Assembly (NCBI GenBank): GCA_040437565.1
Contig: JBDOQK010000021.1
Location: 248,001 to 312,000 of the forward strand
Direction of reading: 5' to 3'
DNA: 64,000 nucleotides
Source: Albugo candida
Taxonomy: Eukaryota
A program made the translations under genes and the position numbers. Positions 49,991 through 63,109 of this stretch are shown one piece after another; position 1 is the first letter of the stretch, and each line of letters opens with the position of its first letter. The notes beneath the pieces are model-generated. The model was given only the letters and a program-made list of their open reading frames with translations. It was not told the origin of the DNA and made no database searches.

Positions 49991-52900
49991 TTGTTTACAG
50001 CACAGGGGATTATGTACCAAGAAGTATCGTGAATTAAACCGTGTCCATACCACTGTCCTATAGACGGTAGAATAATACACTGTAACGCATCATAGCTGCT
50101 TTTCCTACAGTTTATCGGATAAGCATTTTGTGACGTCCTTATACAGGGCTGTGAAGTAAATTTCGACGTCAAACATAAGAGAGTTTACCGTAGAGTACGT
50201 CCCTGCTTGTCGTACAAGAGAGTGTACTGTTCTTCCGCTTGCTTACTGCTAAGCTGGTTATCGCTGATCCTTTGCCAGGTGATCCTTCTTCACAAAACAG
50301 CATGAGCAAAATTGTTAAGGTATTACTACCTTTTTCTGCAAAGTGGGTTTCTTTATCATGTCGACACTACGTGGAGCTTTGGAAATGGTTCAGATGCGGG
50401 TAGAAGCTAGATTCCTCAAAAATGTGCTTCAAGGTGACGTCCTCACAGAAATTCGGTAAGGTCAGCTTGGATAAGGCCGATGAAAGCGCTTCTTATACTG
50501 TGGGGTTCTGCAAGCGGCTAGCTTTCATCGGAAGAAACTAAAGATCCTACTGACAATTAAAAAATCAGCGAAATATCTGACAAATGTTTACAATTCTCGA
50601 GTTTATTTCTTCAAAAGATAAATGATCCACATATGCTGCCTGCTACGGCTTTATAGCGTAACGGAAGAAGCGTGTGTTACACACGAGTTCTTCCTGTAAT
50701 TATTAAGCTGCCCCGAAGCGAAATGAGCATATGAGAGATGCTGATCGAAGATTTGTAGAGACTCTGGCGCTCAACGTAGTGCATTCTATCGGTGTCAATA
50801 TTGAGCAACGCGTCAGCAGCCTAAGCTATCGGATTATAACAAGACCGTAAACGATTCTTCCACATGTACCAACTGTCTACAGTGTCTTGGAATGACGTTG
50901 TGGTAAGGTCGTGGAAACTTTATTTACTTTATATTTCCGATGCTGAAGCTTAAGCGCTAAAGGAAGCGATTCCTGTCAGCAACCAACTTCGTGGAGTACA
51001 TACCAGTAACAATTTTGCGACCGCTTTTGCCAAAGCAATTCAGCACGTACGCTTTGTATTTTCACATACAGAGAATCAATCGCAACATTTCTTGCATCAC
51101 ATTGGCAAGACTGCGAAGATTCAGAAACTCGAAATGCACAATAGCTGCCATTTTACCTGATGATTTGATGTCACCGAAAACAACCAAAGATACAGACACT
51201 GACCGGCAGTACTTCTATCTATCTGGAAGCCTGTGAAATTCTGCCATACCTCGTCATCACTTCGTTCCTTAACGGACCTCTTATGTGATACTATCCAGTA
51301 AAAACGCTAGGTTGATTATTTGACTGACGATCACAATCTCAACGATTCAGTGCTACGTGGAACCCAAATTGATCATTATGGAAATGTTCCATGGGAGATC
51401 AGACGTATAAACCTTTTGGGTTGTTCGCAGGTGCAGGACGTGTATTTCAATGGAGCGTTCGTTTGCGTTCAGCTTTGCTTGAATCAAGCAAGAGAAGCTG
51501 AATGGACGCAACCTACTATCTGGAGTCGTTCCAATCCTCGTCGAAACCAAGTGACTTTATAATAGAACACTCGTGTTAGCTTCCTAGTTAGAATTGAGCA
51601 GCTGAACGAATGTCAACAAAGCTGTTTCTGTTCCTCATGACACGATAAAGTCTTGACCAAAGTGCGAATGGAGTGAGAAGCAGCATAACGGTAATGGCTT
51701 TAAGTGTGACACATTTTGCTCCATGGAATTTGATGAAGTATTGGTAGTAGGAATGCATTTGTACTAGTTGTCTCTTCTTAAAAGGTCCCGTTTTGGTGCA
51801 GATCACGAGATTTGAGAAGAAGTATACCGAACGATCCCCATAGTTTACTATTTCTTGTAATCTCGAGTTCTTGGAAGGGTAATGAAGCTTTGGCTTCCTC
51901 TCCAGTCTTCTTTACTTCTCTTTGAAGATGCATCAGTTTGAGTTCTTACCCGCTTCAGTTTTTCTTGTTTTCTTAAATCATACCGTAGCAATCGGTCCGT
52001 GATACCTCTGCTACCTGTACATTATCATTTCTGTATGTGTTCAAAAAAAGTGGTCCTTCAGAAGGTAGTCAACACAGATACAGCTTCATGGGATCAATCA
52101 GAATATCAGTAGTCATTGTAACGAGAGTAGCAAGAAGTCTAGTGTTTTTGCTTCAACATCTGGGATTTAACGGCTCCATTATGTATCTACGTTTGCTATC
52201 TATTCCATCTTGTTTTTTTCCAGCTCTTTGTACTTCCTATCTAGCTGCTGTAATTAGCGTATTCGTTAAAGCGTACCATTGGAAGTGCACATTTTCTTGT
52301 TTGAGGCTAATGCTGGTCGATGGAGCAAGGATCAAGAGAAGCTACACACAAGGGCATGCTGCAACTTGGGCGGAAGTGGGTGCGGGAGCGGGCATCGGAG
52401 GGAGGCTGGATTTATCCTGCTTGTTGAGATTGAGAAAAAAAAGAGAATGATTTGGATAGATGTCGATGATTGGAGTCATTCTCAAGATTTTTCTTGCTCA
52501 TTTCCTCTTCATTCAACATAAATCTGCCAGTAGTCAAACGCAAGTCCAAAGACGTGTAGGAATGCTCAATTCTACACAGCCGTTTCATACATGAAAGTTG
52601 AATCATGCGAAGTGATGTTACATACAGCCGAAACCCATGCTGACTATCTTAATATGCATCTACCTTGTTTTCAACCTATAGTTGGGTCGTCTGTGCTTGG
52701 TCATTTGACTGTCTTTCACACGCTGAGACCGATTTTATTTTCGTAACAGAGCATTTTATGGGACTCATGCAGGTAACAGGATCGTTTTTGAAAGACATCG
52801 TCCTGGCTGATATGGTGGATTCTGATGCAACAAATGATTTTTAAAGGATTGATACGGAAGATTGTGTTTCCGGTACACCATAGTATATGTGATTTTCAGA

Positions 52901-55249
52901 ATATTGTACCTTAACATTTGCCATGAGCAGCGGTCATGGAGTCACCACAAACACAAATCAGCGCCTTCTTCTATTTAAAACATACTTTAGCTAGATATCC
53001 GACTTCTTGTTCAGAATGCGTGATTCTACTCAAGTCACTTAATTTACTTCTTGTGAATAATAGTGCAAGCTCTCTGGGAAGCTGTATACAGCGTCGTACT
53101 AGAAAAAGTGAGAGAATACTTTTGTCAAATACGTATTATATAAGCAAGTGAGATTTTTGAGGCAGTAAGATTGTGTGTGTTGCTCTGAGAGCAAAAGGCC
53201 TCTGAGAGCTCCTCTGTCGCTCGCAACCTAAGAGAAAAACTAAGAAAAACCGAGTGAGAAATTTGGAATGGTGAGGATCAAACGAGAGAATGAGCGAACA
53301 AGCCACGTGAATATACATATCTCTCCATGAAAATTTTTAGCTCATCAAGACAGGCACCGCTTCTCACCCTAACGTTGTTATTTTTTCTTCGAGCTTCACT
53401 CAATGTGAAGGCGTTGCGTGTTTCTTACCAGAGACGACTTTGTTCAAATCGTCATTATCATACGTAAAATCTATTTACAGAGTCCGCTGCAACGAGACTC
53501 GTCGCAGCATTTTGAGAAGAAAACACAGAGCACAAAAGCTACGAAGTTGTACAAGACCATAGGCGGAGGGTTTGACTACTGGAGAATGGATAGCAAATTG
53601 TGTTGTGGATGTGACGTTTTCAAAGAGCTCTTTTATAACGTGCTAATTGGCCACTTTATTCTCCTTCGGTGATTGTATATGGTTGCGCATTAGTCTGTTC
53701 TGCTTCGTAAAAAATTCTCCAGATATTCCGGTCAATGTGTGCTAATAGAACTCAATGTGTACCTATCACACGAACTGAGCAAAATTTGCAGAGAGTTCGA
53801 ATAGATTGTACAAAAAATGACACATGAGCATCATCTGTCGTGCGAATAAAATCGAAAATCGTACTACTCTCTCCTGCAGCATACTTAGTTGGTTAGTAGA
53901 GAAACCCCTCACGGCAATGTGTTAATTACTCTGCTTGATATTGTATAGTCTATGATGATTTCTCTATTCGGAAGTGATTAGCCATGACGGTGAATACAAC
54001 TCTGGTCGGATTATGTCTCGTAGTCTACAAGTTGTCGCTTTATACCTCGGCTTCTAGGTAAAGAGGTATGTACACATCTGGAAAAAAGCCAATTTGGTAA
54101 ACAAGATTCTTCTCATGCATATTCATCCGGATGAACGTCGGCCAGAGTGCTAAATGTCGCTTCATGGGAACCACATGAACGGCGAAACATGCTTAGAGCA
54201 ATCATGTGCGGTTTTGATAGAATATGGGCACGATCTCATATGGAGCTTTGCGTAATCGTAGGGTTTATTTCGTTCGCTTCTTTACATCGAAGCGGTTCTT
54301 TGATTCGACTTTGGATTTGATTTTGTAAATGCTCTATATGGTAGGTACTACCATATGCACTTGTATGCAAATCGGGATCTAAAATAACCCAAGGTTCACT
54401 TCAACACAATCTGATCTCATTATGCTTGATTCGGCATCGCTGAAATTTAGGATCTCAAATTTAGCTTATGTTCGACTCATTTTATGTCCAGTTGCATCAT
54501 TAAAAGTCGTGGGTCGATTGCGAGGAAATCAATATGCATACAGTAATATGTGGATTTCGCAGATCAAATAGCAGGAGTCAAATATTGCTTCATAATCTAG
54601 ACATGTATTGTGAAATCATAAAACGCGATTACTTCAGTCAACGCGAGGGTGTATACGCGTTTGAGGTGACGCTGGAAGCGGCCTTATAGATTCTAATTAC
54701 GTCATCATGGTCTGTGCTCCTTCATTGTAAAGGTTTTATTTTACGACTATAAACTACATGTCTCGAAGTACGTTGTAAATATAGAAGTTGCACAGCAGCA
54801 CCGCATCCTAGTTGAAAGTATGCGCATCCGGTAACCACGCACGCAAAAAATATACGCTACAAAAGATTTGCGAGAGTTGACGTTAAATTTCACATATAAA
54901 TTCGACTGCTAGTGTTTTCAAGATGACGTGTGCCTTCTCAATTTTTCAGATACAACGCAATCCGCCAATCAAGTAAAACATATCGCTTCAGCTTTTCCGA
55001 CTACTTCCCAGAAACAATGGTCTAAGGTGATATCCGACATAAACGGGGTCCATTCTGCTGGCATGGCAACCCTGCTAAATCACGCTGTTTTGGATGATTG
55101 CATGATTGGGATGATTAATCAACCTTGTAGGATAACATGGCAAGTACCGCCAAAGGCGATACAAGTGACACATGAGGTACTTTTACTGCCTCATTTCAGT
55201 GACGTGAAAAATCCACTGCAAGTGTGCACGAACGCAGATGTTTCACTTT

Positions 55250-56700
55250 GGCTGACTTAATCAAGTGGCCAGAATTCTTACAGAAGGAAAAGCACAAGGC
55301 TAAACCAAAAGCCATAAAGCTCCATATTTCATAATATCCGAACTTCATGCCGGAGAGTGACAAAACGAGGCCTTTTGAGATTCCGGAAGCAATTTTCTGA
55401 TGCTCTTGGAAACGGGTCAGATATTCATCTCCATTGCAAATGCGAAGTTTTTATTTGACCCGTCTGGGATCTTCAGAACCCGGTCTTCAAATCTCTTTTG
55501 GATAGTCGCCAGATTAGACAAGTGTATAAGAGTTCAGGTGGGGATGTTCAATTGATGGTGACATCCAATGCCGCATGTGAGCCGTTTGGATGATATTTCG
55601 GTCATAAATCTTGGCGAAAAGTACTTATCATGGTACTACCATACATTGAAACACCGGTACAACCTGAACATGTTTGGATTTGGAGTAGGGATGGAGATCG
55701 AATGGGAGGGTATTTAGCGCTCTCTTTTCAAAAAAAATCCTCCCAAATAATTTCAAAAGGTAAGTTCCTCAGAAGAAGTGGTTCTGTTGACGTGGAGAAT
55801 CCACTTTGCTTCCTCTATGTCCCGCGAAGCATTGTTTTGCGCTGGAAAGTCTGCAAGCAAATCTCGTATGGGAAGTAGCTCCTCCCTTTTCGGTATTAGA
55901 ACGCTCCTATTTCGATAGAGAAATCACGTTTCGGCCACTTGAACCTTAAGGATCGGAGCTGGGAGTCACGTCGTCAACAATTAGGACAGGAAAATAATCA
56001 AATACAAAAAGTACAGCAACAAAATCAACAAAATGACACCCGTGGTGACCTTGAAAAAAAAATTTGCCACTTATGAGTCAAGAAAGTGAAACGGTAACCA
56101 CGGTAAATCTCATCAAAGTTAACTTTCTGATCAGCATCACATCACCCTGTGCATCACAATTCTCTTAATCATCCCCTCCACTAATCCATTCTGGAAGCTA
56201 TAACTGGGATGGGGATGTGACCAAGCAGGTGGTTTGGTCACGTGGGAAACCTCACCATGTGGAATCCAGTTCAACAACAAAAAATAAAAAGTGTGGCCAT
56301 CCATGTTTGAAGTGAGCAATTATTTTTTGTGGTAGCATCCAACGATTTGTCAATCTGGGGTATGGTAGTCGCGTTAGAAATCTTTAATGTGAAAACACAG
56401 TTGGCAAATGCGGTGGCCAGGGAGGGGCAAACTACTTATAAAATCGCAGAAAATCGTGAAAGAGAGGAGCGGCCTACCCGAGTTGGCGAGGTTGGAGAGC
56501 TTATGTAACTCGTTTCCAAAACGGCTCTGTTCCCACTCAAACCGGACGAGCAATTCTAAGCAGATGCACAAATCCCACATATGCGCAGGCTGGTCCAATT
56601 CTTCACAAGTCTGGATAATATAAGTGGAACTTGATCACAAACACTAAGAACCGTGTTCTACTCGCATATATTGTGTAAAGGATCAAAAGAGCGAAAAGGA
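55250..56700 (-). mobile_element. Highly eroded Copia-like integrase remnant
   Basis: SYSFQNGLVEGMIKRIV (like TPQQNGxxERxNRTI), FYFLLL, PYEI; otherwise weak. Confidence 0.3.
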
Positions 56701-56956
56701 AAAAATCTTCTTCTCGTCAATCGATTAATGGCTGTGCACAATATCAGGTAATATTATTTTTTTACGAGATAAAGTCAACATGATGGTGGGAAGTCCCTTC
56801 GAAGCGTGGTAGAATTCTCCAGAAATGAGTGTCGGGGTGAAGATCAGTGCCAGAGANNNNNNNNNNNNNNNNNNNNNNNNNNNNNNNNNNNNNNNNNNNN
56901 NNNNNNNNNNNNNNNNNNNNNNNNNNNNNNNNNNNNNNNNNNNNNNNNNNNNNNNN

Positions 56957-57470
56957 GCACCTTTGCAAGCTGAATGTTTTCGTCTTGATCGCAGCACTGT
57001 CTTCGAAAGTACCGAAGGTACGCACGAAGCCAGTGCTGCGATCAAGACGAAAACATTCAGCTTGCAAAGGTGCTGAATCAAGCAAAGATCATTCGGTGTA
57101 TTTTTCAGAAGTCGAAGGTCATTGCTGCGGGTGCGGCACAGTCAAGTAGAAATGCAAGTGCAACTCCGATCCTAGTCCTAGTTGGAGTTGGATAAATTTG
57201 TCCCCCTAGTGTGGTAGACACCAATTTGGAAAACACGGTTCTTTTGGATTATTAACATTTGTTACAAGCCGGACATAGTCTCGTATTGTGGTGGTTTGAG
57301 GCACGCATAATACAGGGCCATCTGGGAGAAGACTTAGTATACATCTAACAGGTATTTTCAAAGATTTACATGAACATTTATCATTTACGGCAGTTGGTCT
57401 AATTACACCAAACCTAGATGATGCCGATTTTGACCTATTTTGATGTTTATACCTTTCGAAAGGACTCAGC
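56957..57470 (+). mobile_element. 3' fragment of the same LINE family with a fold-back inverted 5' end
   Basis: Homologous to 28340-28880 (RHSQVEMQVQLR and 3' UTR). Perfect 43-bp inverted arms at 56957-56999 and 57031-57073. Confidence 0.75.
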
Positions 57471-57731
57471 TANNNNNNNNNNNNNNNNNNNNNNNNNNNN
57501 NNNNNNNNNNNNNNNNNNNNNNNNNNNNNNNNNNNNNNNNNNNNNNNNNNNNNNNNNNNNNNNNNNNNNNNNCCGCGAGGCGGCAGCCGAGCTCACCCTG
57601 ACTTCACCCACGACCCTCGCTCACGCCTCACCACTTGCTCTCGAACCCAGCTAACCCGCCTAACCCCCTTCTCGCCTGTGTAGCCTTCGGACAACTACAC
57701 ATTCTTCAGCCACCACAAGTCCGCAGTTCTC

Positions 57732-58012
57732 CTGCCATTACGTCATTTCCACACGACCTACCCCTTCATTGGGCCTATTCCGATAACTAATCTGACGTGT
57801 CTCACCTGAATGCTAGATCCTGTATGGAATAGTGTAGCACTCTGCGTCACCTATTTCAAAAGCTTAATCAAACCAACGCGTTTATATTACTTTGGCATAG
57901 GGTGTAAAATTGCACACCCTCTGCATCCAGCTGCCATTACGTCATTTCCACACGACCTACCCCTTCATTGGGCCTATTCCGGTAAGTAATCTGGCGTGTG
58001 TCACCTGAATGC
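57732..58012 (-). promoter_or_regulatory. Orphan, tandemly duplicated copy of the family promoter
   Basis: 57732-57864 is nearly identical to 62980-63113 and 57871-58012 to 62921-63062; no secreted-protein CDS is attached. Confidence 0.75.
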
Positions 58013-58059
58013 TCTCCCATGCTTACGTCATGAGTCATGGTATGAGATAGTGCAAGCTT

Positions 58060-59900
58060 TCAAGCCTATGCTAATCGCATAGTAAGATGCTTGCTTCATC
58101 ACTTCGTTAGGTAATTGTTCTTTTAGAAAAGGTCTTATGGTGCGGTTCGCTTTGACTTCTACACGATGGTATGGCGTTGACTGGATTTGAGCTGACAAAA
58201 CAACTACAAATACAAGTTTACGTAGTGGAGACATCAAATCAAATGTTCTACGGTAGAGTTCATTGTCATCATGGAACCAGTCGAACCCAAGTTGCAATGC
58301 TCGAATGCGACTAAAATGCAAACACTTGGATATCCATTTTTCATTTGATCGATGGAGCCGCAAGTGGGCGCACGGTTCAAGTTCATTCTCTATGGGCCTA
58401 TGCGGGGAAGAAGCTGAGCGGAGACTTTGTAGAACGTCTGGTGCTCGAGCTACAAGACACTTTTTAAACAAATGCACTAAAGTGTGCGAAGGATTTTGCG
58501 TAAAGCGTTCCATCCCTGATAAGATCGCACTCGTTTTTCGACTTCGCATCCATTCTTTATCAAGACTGGAATCAATAGGATTGGCGGTCACAGTAAGACT
58601 ATGTCAAAATGCACGTGGAAGAGGAAAAGAGAACTCGGAGTGTTCGGCTAGCCTACCGTTTTACGCGACATCATAGTAGGGAAACGATACCTGTTGATAG
58701 ATTTTGATTACGCTCATATGTATCTATCATGGCTACGTGAAAAGTGATGAGGCTTCACTTTTTACTGAAACAGAGAAAGGCATAGGCCTGCTCCAATGCT
58801 TGTAACAAGGCGCTTGGAGTAATTTACAGTCTTTCTCGACCATTTCTATGACATTGTGCGGAATCACATCAAGTCAGACTCTGGACACTGCTATGGTTGC
58901 AGCAGCTTGGCCAAGAATTTCTAATGATGCAGTGCCACAAGAACACGGGATACAAATGGAGCAGGAAGATTGCTTCTACGCGTATTGTGAGAAGAAGCAC
59001 TGTTACCGACCTTTTTGTGTGCCCAAAGTAAACGTGCTTTGGTTTTTGGCCATAGGCAGAGGGCGTGCAAGAGCATCCAAAGTGCGGTACAATCGAACAA
59101 AGTTTTGTTCATACAAAGAAAAATTCCAATATTTCTGAGCGTGTTGGATGCGTAACGTTTTAGCACGTTTGAAGCATCTTTGGGAGTTCTCAAGGCGCAA
59201 ATTTTGCCGCGTCTCTTGACAAATAAGTTTTGACGAAATTGTGTGCCAAATAGAATGAGATGAGAACTAGAACAAGTCGCTGTAAAAAAGACGTTGAATT
59301 CGAATTGTACATATAGAATAGAATGTTGGACAACTCAGACCTCATGCCAGATCTATTATATTTGGTGAAGCTTAAGCGTGGGTCGATATCACGACGTTTG
59401 TGACAATAATACACCTAACGAGATTTAGAATCTGATATTCCTTGGGAAGTATGTTAATGTAATTCATTCGTCTTCAGAACCTTCTGCTGTTTCTTTGTGA
59501 AAACCTTACAATGCTTTAGATCTTCATCATCGGTTTGTTGGACCTTTTCAACTTTGATCTTTTTGTGAACGCATTCGCTGACGCACACCACTCGAAAAAA
59601 GCTCTTGTTCCCTACGTGGTGCCAGTGCTGCTCAATGCCGCAAAGATCATGACGATGTACTAACGAGAGACGTATCAAATATAGAAGTGGAAAGACATAT
59701 CCAGCGTTAACAGTTTGGACGGTTGTAGGTAATTGGACTCTTGGAGTCACCCTCAAGATTGCTCTAGCTCATTTATTCTCCATACTTCTATCACCAGTCA
59801 AAACCAAGTCTAACAACAGAAGGATTCCCGAGTCTACATGGAAGTTTGGATTGAATAAATTCATAGCAAAGGCGGTCATATTGCCAGCACGTAGGCTCGC
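58060..59900 (+). pseudogene. Divergent partner gene relic, type 1 (longest copy)
   Basis: KIALVFRLRIHSLSRLE..GRGKENS, GKRYLLIDFDYAHMYLSWL, DEASLFTETEKGIGLL, KFCSYKEKFQYF; homologous to 4700-6800 and 35370-36970. Confidence 0.6.
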
Positions 59901-62383
59901 GTGGAGTAGCATGTGGGTAAGCAAGCGTGTACAATAAAATCTTGATTCCATGCCGGAAGAGCTTGGAATGCTTTGTTGATCGTATTCGTAATTCCTCCGA
60001 TATGTAGCTGTCTTGTGATAAGATAACAGTATCCGCTCGTGATGAATTACCGATTTTGTTGGCCTTATCAACGACCTTTGTCGTGCACTGAAAGAGCAGA
60101 TCATAATGTAGTTCTTCATCAACTGACTATCTCCATCTACATCGGAACCTTATTTTCGCGGTATTTATAGTCGGTCTGGTGTACTTGGTCTTGTCACTGT
60201 CTTCTCCCAAGCGAAGAGCATGGTTATCCTCGGAGCATTGCAATTTGTGTATGACAATGCAAGTAATTGCACCGTCGTTGAAGCATATCGTACCGATTGA
60301 TATAGAGCTATTTGAACCTAAGTGATGATTCTTTAAGGATTTCCACGGTGCATCTTGATCTCGTAACCCGTACATTCGTGTCATCAGTCACTTTCTGAGT
60401 TTTCCATATGCATCGATTAGATAAATTGTATACTGATTATTTTTCATACCCTACATGGTATCCCATTTCACAATGCGGGTCTCATTATTCACATTCCAAT
60501 ACGTAGACAAAGACATCGTGATCTCACCATGAAGCAGCTTTGGTGGATCAATCACAGCCATTTATCTCGGTACACCAGCACATGTGTCATTTTAGACTAT
60601 TGCACTTTAATAATTGTCATTAGCAACGCCCCTATCGTCAGCATTGGCTCGCTAGATAGCTGGCTGCTTTCTGAGAAATATGTATCATTATAGAACTTCA
60701 CGATGTCGTACTGCAAAGTCTGCATGTACGATAGTGGAAAGACCGCGTACGGTAGCTACAAATTTGAAGCAGACCATGGGTGAAGTCGCTGGGTCCTGGG
60801 AAAGGGAAGCAAGTTGAGTTGCAGAGCGACCTGATGCGTTCGAGTACTTTCGGGATAGGCTCAGAAAGTATACATTCTTGCCTCCATGTGTCCTTACAAC
60901 CTATTCAGCAAGACACTTCCATTTCTGTTGCGTTCTAATGGCTGGACACTAATCTTATAAGAGCTTTTTACTATTGCGTCCCATGCGAAGTAGTGTACTA
61001 TTTGGGGTATGCTGTTTGCTGACATGCCAAATAGAATTACTGCTCTTCATACTCCCTTTGTTGATAGCAACGTAGTATACAATACGGAATCATATACAGG
61101 TCGGATACGGCTCATTCCGCCTCAACCGCCTTCTCGCCGCATGTAGGAGCATACTCTAGCAGTAGTGCACGTGAGAAGACTTACTCGGTACAGCCACAAG
61201 AAGGAGACCTTTTGATTGTATGCAATTTGTGCGATGTTGCTACGCGTTTAGGTGGTGCACCTTAAGTTTGCTAAGGATCAGGAAACAATGCTATTGGATA
61301 AAAAGAACTCTTTAGCCGAACTTTGGGCCAAAGTTAATTACTTCGTCATAAAGAAAGACTTGTAGAAATGGTGAAAAGAAAGCGTACGCATTTGAGAACT
61401 TTGCAATAAATCCTCTGCCAAACCTAGAGGAAGTTTGACCTATTCTGATGTTTATGCCCTCAAATAGGACGCATTCATCACGAAATGCTTTCAACACGCG
61501 CAGGAAAACACTTTGATTGTAAAGGAAACTGGTAGTGGAACGTCGCGCAATCTCATATGCAGGTGGAAATAGATTCTTGGGGATGCAAATATGCTTGTTG
61601 TTAGCCTCGGTCTGGTCACTTTAGCGTAGCGTATTTTCTATCCCCACAAGACTGGCAACGTATCGTACTCGTTGGACATTGGACGTTGAACTCATGGTCA
61701 TTGATATACTGCTTGATGATACTGTTTTTCGTAATCGCCGCTACTTTCAACATTCACAACAACACCTGTAATTATTTGCTATGTGACTATATGCTGCCAA
61801 CAAGTGTTCTGATCAACGGTTAGCGGTATGGGGTCTATATGCAGATACCGGTAAGGCCTTCAACGTTTACGTGGATTTAGTATGGATTGAAACAATCCTC
61901 CATCATTATTGGGAGCTTCGACCTATATGGAGGCAAAATGGAATCGATTTGTGCTATATATTGACATCGCTCAGGATTAAAGCCAACGTCGTCATCTGAA
62001 GGATTAAAAGTATCAGCCAAATGCAACTGTTGAATTCAAAGGACAAGTATGTTGATTGACACTGTCAATCACTCCAACTTTGAGCTCAATCAGCGCAAAA
62101 GCAATCAGTTTTCTCAACACTTTGCTCCTTTCTGGGAAGATTTGACATCGTGTTATGTATTTTGCATCGTCACCTCTTCTGGTATCGATAGCGTCTATTC
62201 TATTTTGTTGGTGGTTGTCAGCATTGACCACAACTGGTGACATAACGCTCCTAGTTGTGCAATCACATTAGAGATAGATCTTGCATATCGAGGACAAAAA
62301 AACTGAACAACCTTTATGACAAAAATGTAAATGTATTGATCGCTTATCGGTCGGCCAATCGCTCCGTCAGGAACCCACTATTG

Positions 62384-62869
62384 CTACAACGTCCCGCAAT
62401 CGAAAAGGAGATAATAACCAAAGCTGGCTAGAAATATGAACGCGAAAACATTGTCGGGGTTCCAGCACTGTGTGAAAACGTCTTTGGCGAGATCTTCTTC
62501 TGCCACAGCAAACGATTTCATTACGGCTGTCAAATAATGCGTTTGATTTTTTCTTTCCGGGTTGTATTCTGTGAACAGAGGACTAACAAATTTAGCTATC
62601 TTCTTGTGACTAAATGATGCGAGTTCAACGAAATGCTTGCCATGGAAAGAAGACGCTCGGTAGTATTCCATCAGTATTTTCTGAATTTGAATTACCTGAT
62701 TACAATCTTCATTCAATGGTTGGCTTCGACGTATGCAATTATTCTGGAACGCTATTGTCTCCTTGCTTTTTTCCAAACACGTGCCTGGTATATATGTTGC
62801 CTTAATGTGAGCCATAACTCCAAAAGTGATTTGACCGAGAACGAGAACTGTGAAAGCGTAAGAGACCAT
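62384..62869 (-). CDS. Small secreted Cys-patterned protein, candidate effector (161 aa)
   Basis: ATG at 62869; signal peptide MVSYAFTVLVLGQITFGVMA, nearly identical to the 11121 gene; C-x13-C-x10-C; KIAKFVSPLF; C-terminal Cys; intact. Confidence 0.85.
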   Translation of the reverse strand: MVSYAFTVLVLGQITFGVMAHIKATYIPGTCLEKSKETIAFQNNCIRRSQPLNEDCNQVIQIQKILMEYYRASSFHGKHFVELASFSHKKIAKFVSPLFTEYNPERKNQTHYLTAVMKSFAVAEEDLAKDVFTQCWNPDNVFAFIFLASFGYYLLFDCGTL

Positions 62870-63010
62870 GTGTGATAATGTTGAGCACTGGGAGTCGGAA
62901 GCAAATTGAATTGTGAATCCAACCAACGCGTTTATATTACTTTGGCATAGGGTGTAAAATTGCACACCATCCGCATCCAGCTGCCATTACGCCATTTCCA
63001 CACGACCTAC
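62870..63010 (-). promoter_or_regulatory. Conserved family promoter and 5' UTR
   Basis: GCATCCAGCTGCCATTACGCCATTTCC on the + strand; TATGCCAAAGTAAT...GATTCACAATTCAATTTGCTTCCG on the - strand. Confidence 0.6.
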
Positions 63011-63109
63011 CCCTTCATTGGGCCTATTCCGGTAAGTAATCTGACGTGTCTCACCTGAATGCTAGGTCCTGTATGGAATAGTGTAGCACTCTGCGTCACC
63101 TATTTCAAA

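Noticed and set aside
51500-52450. Possible second Fanzor relic (minus-strand ILIDPMKLYLC)
   Set aside because: Flanking translation shows none of the other Fanzor blocks.
54338-54358. Small palindrome ATATGGTAG-gta-CTACCATAT
   Set aside because: Single short hairpin with no context; plausible by chance.
58028-58591. 187-aa minus-strand ORF
   Set aside because: Antisense to the partner relic; the conserved peptide blocks lie on the + strand.
62870-62965. N-terminal extensions of ORFs 62384-62965, 11103-11612, 34693-35187 and 24017-24688
   Set aside because: They begin at non-ATG codons and run through conserved promoter or 5' UTR; the signal-peptide ATG is the better start.
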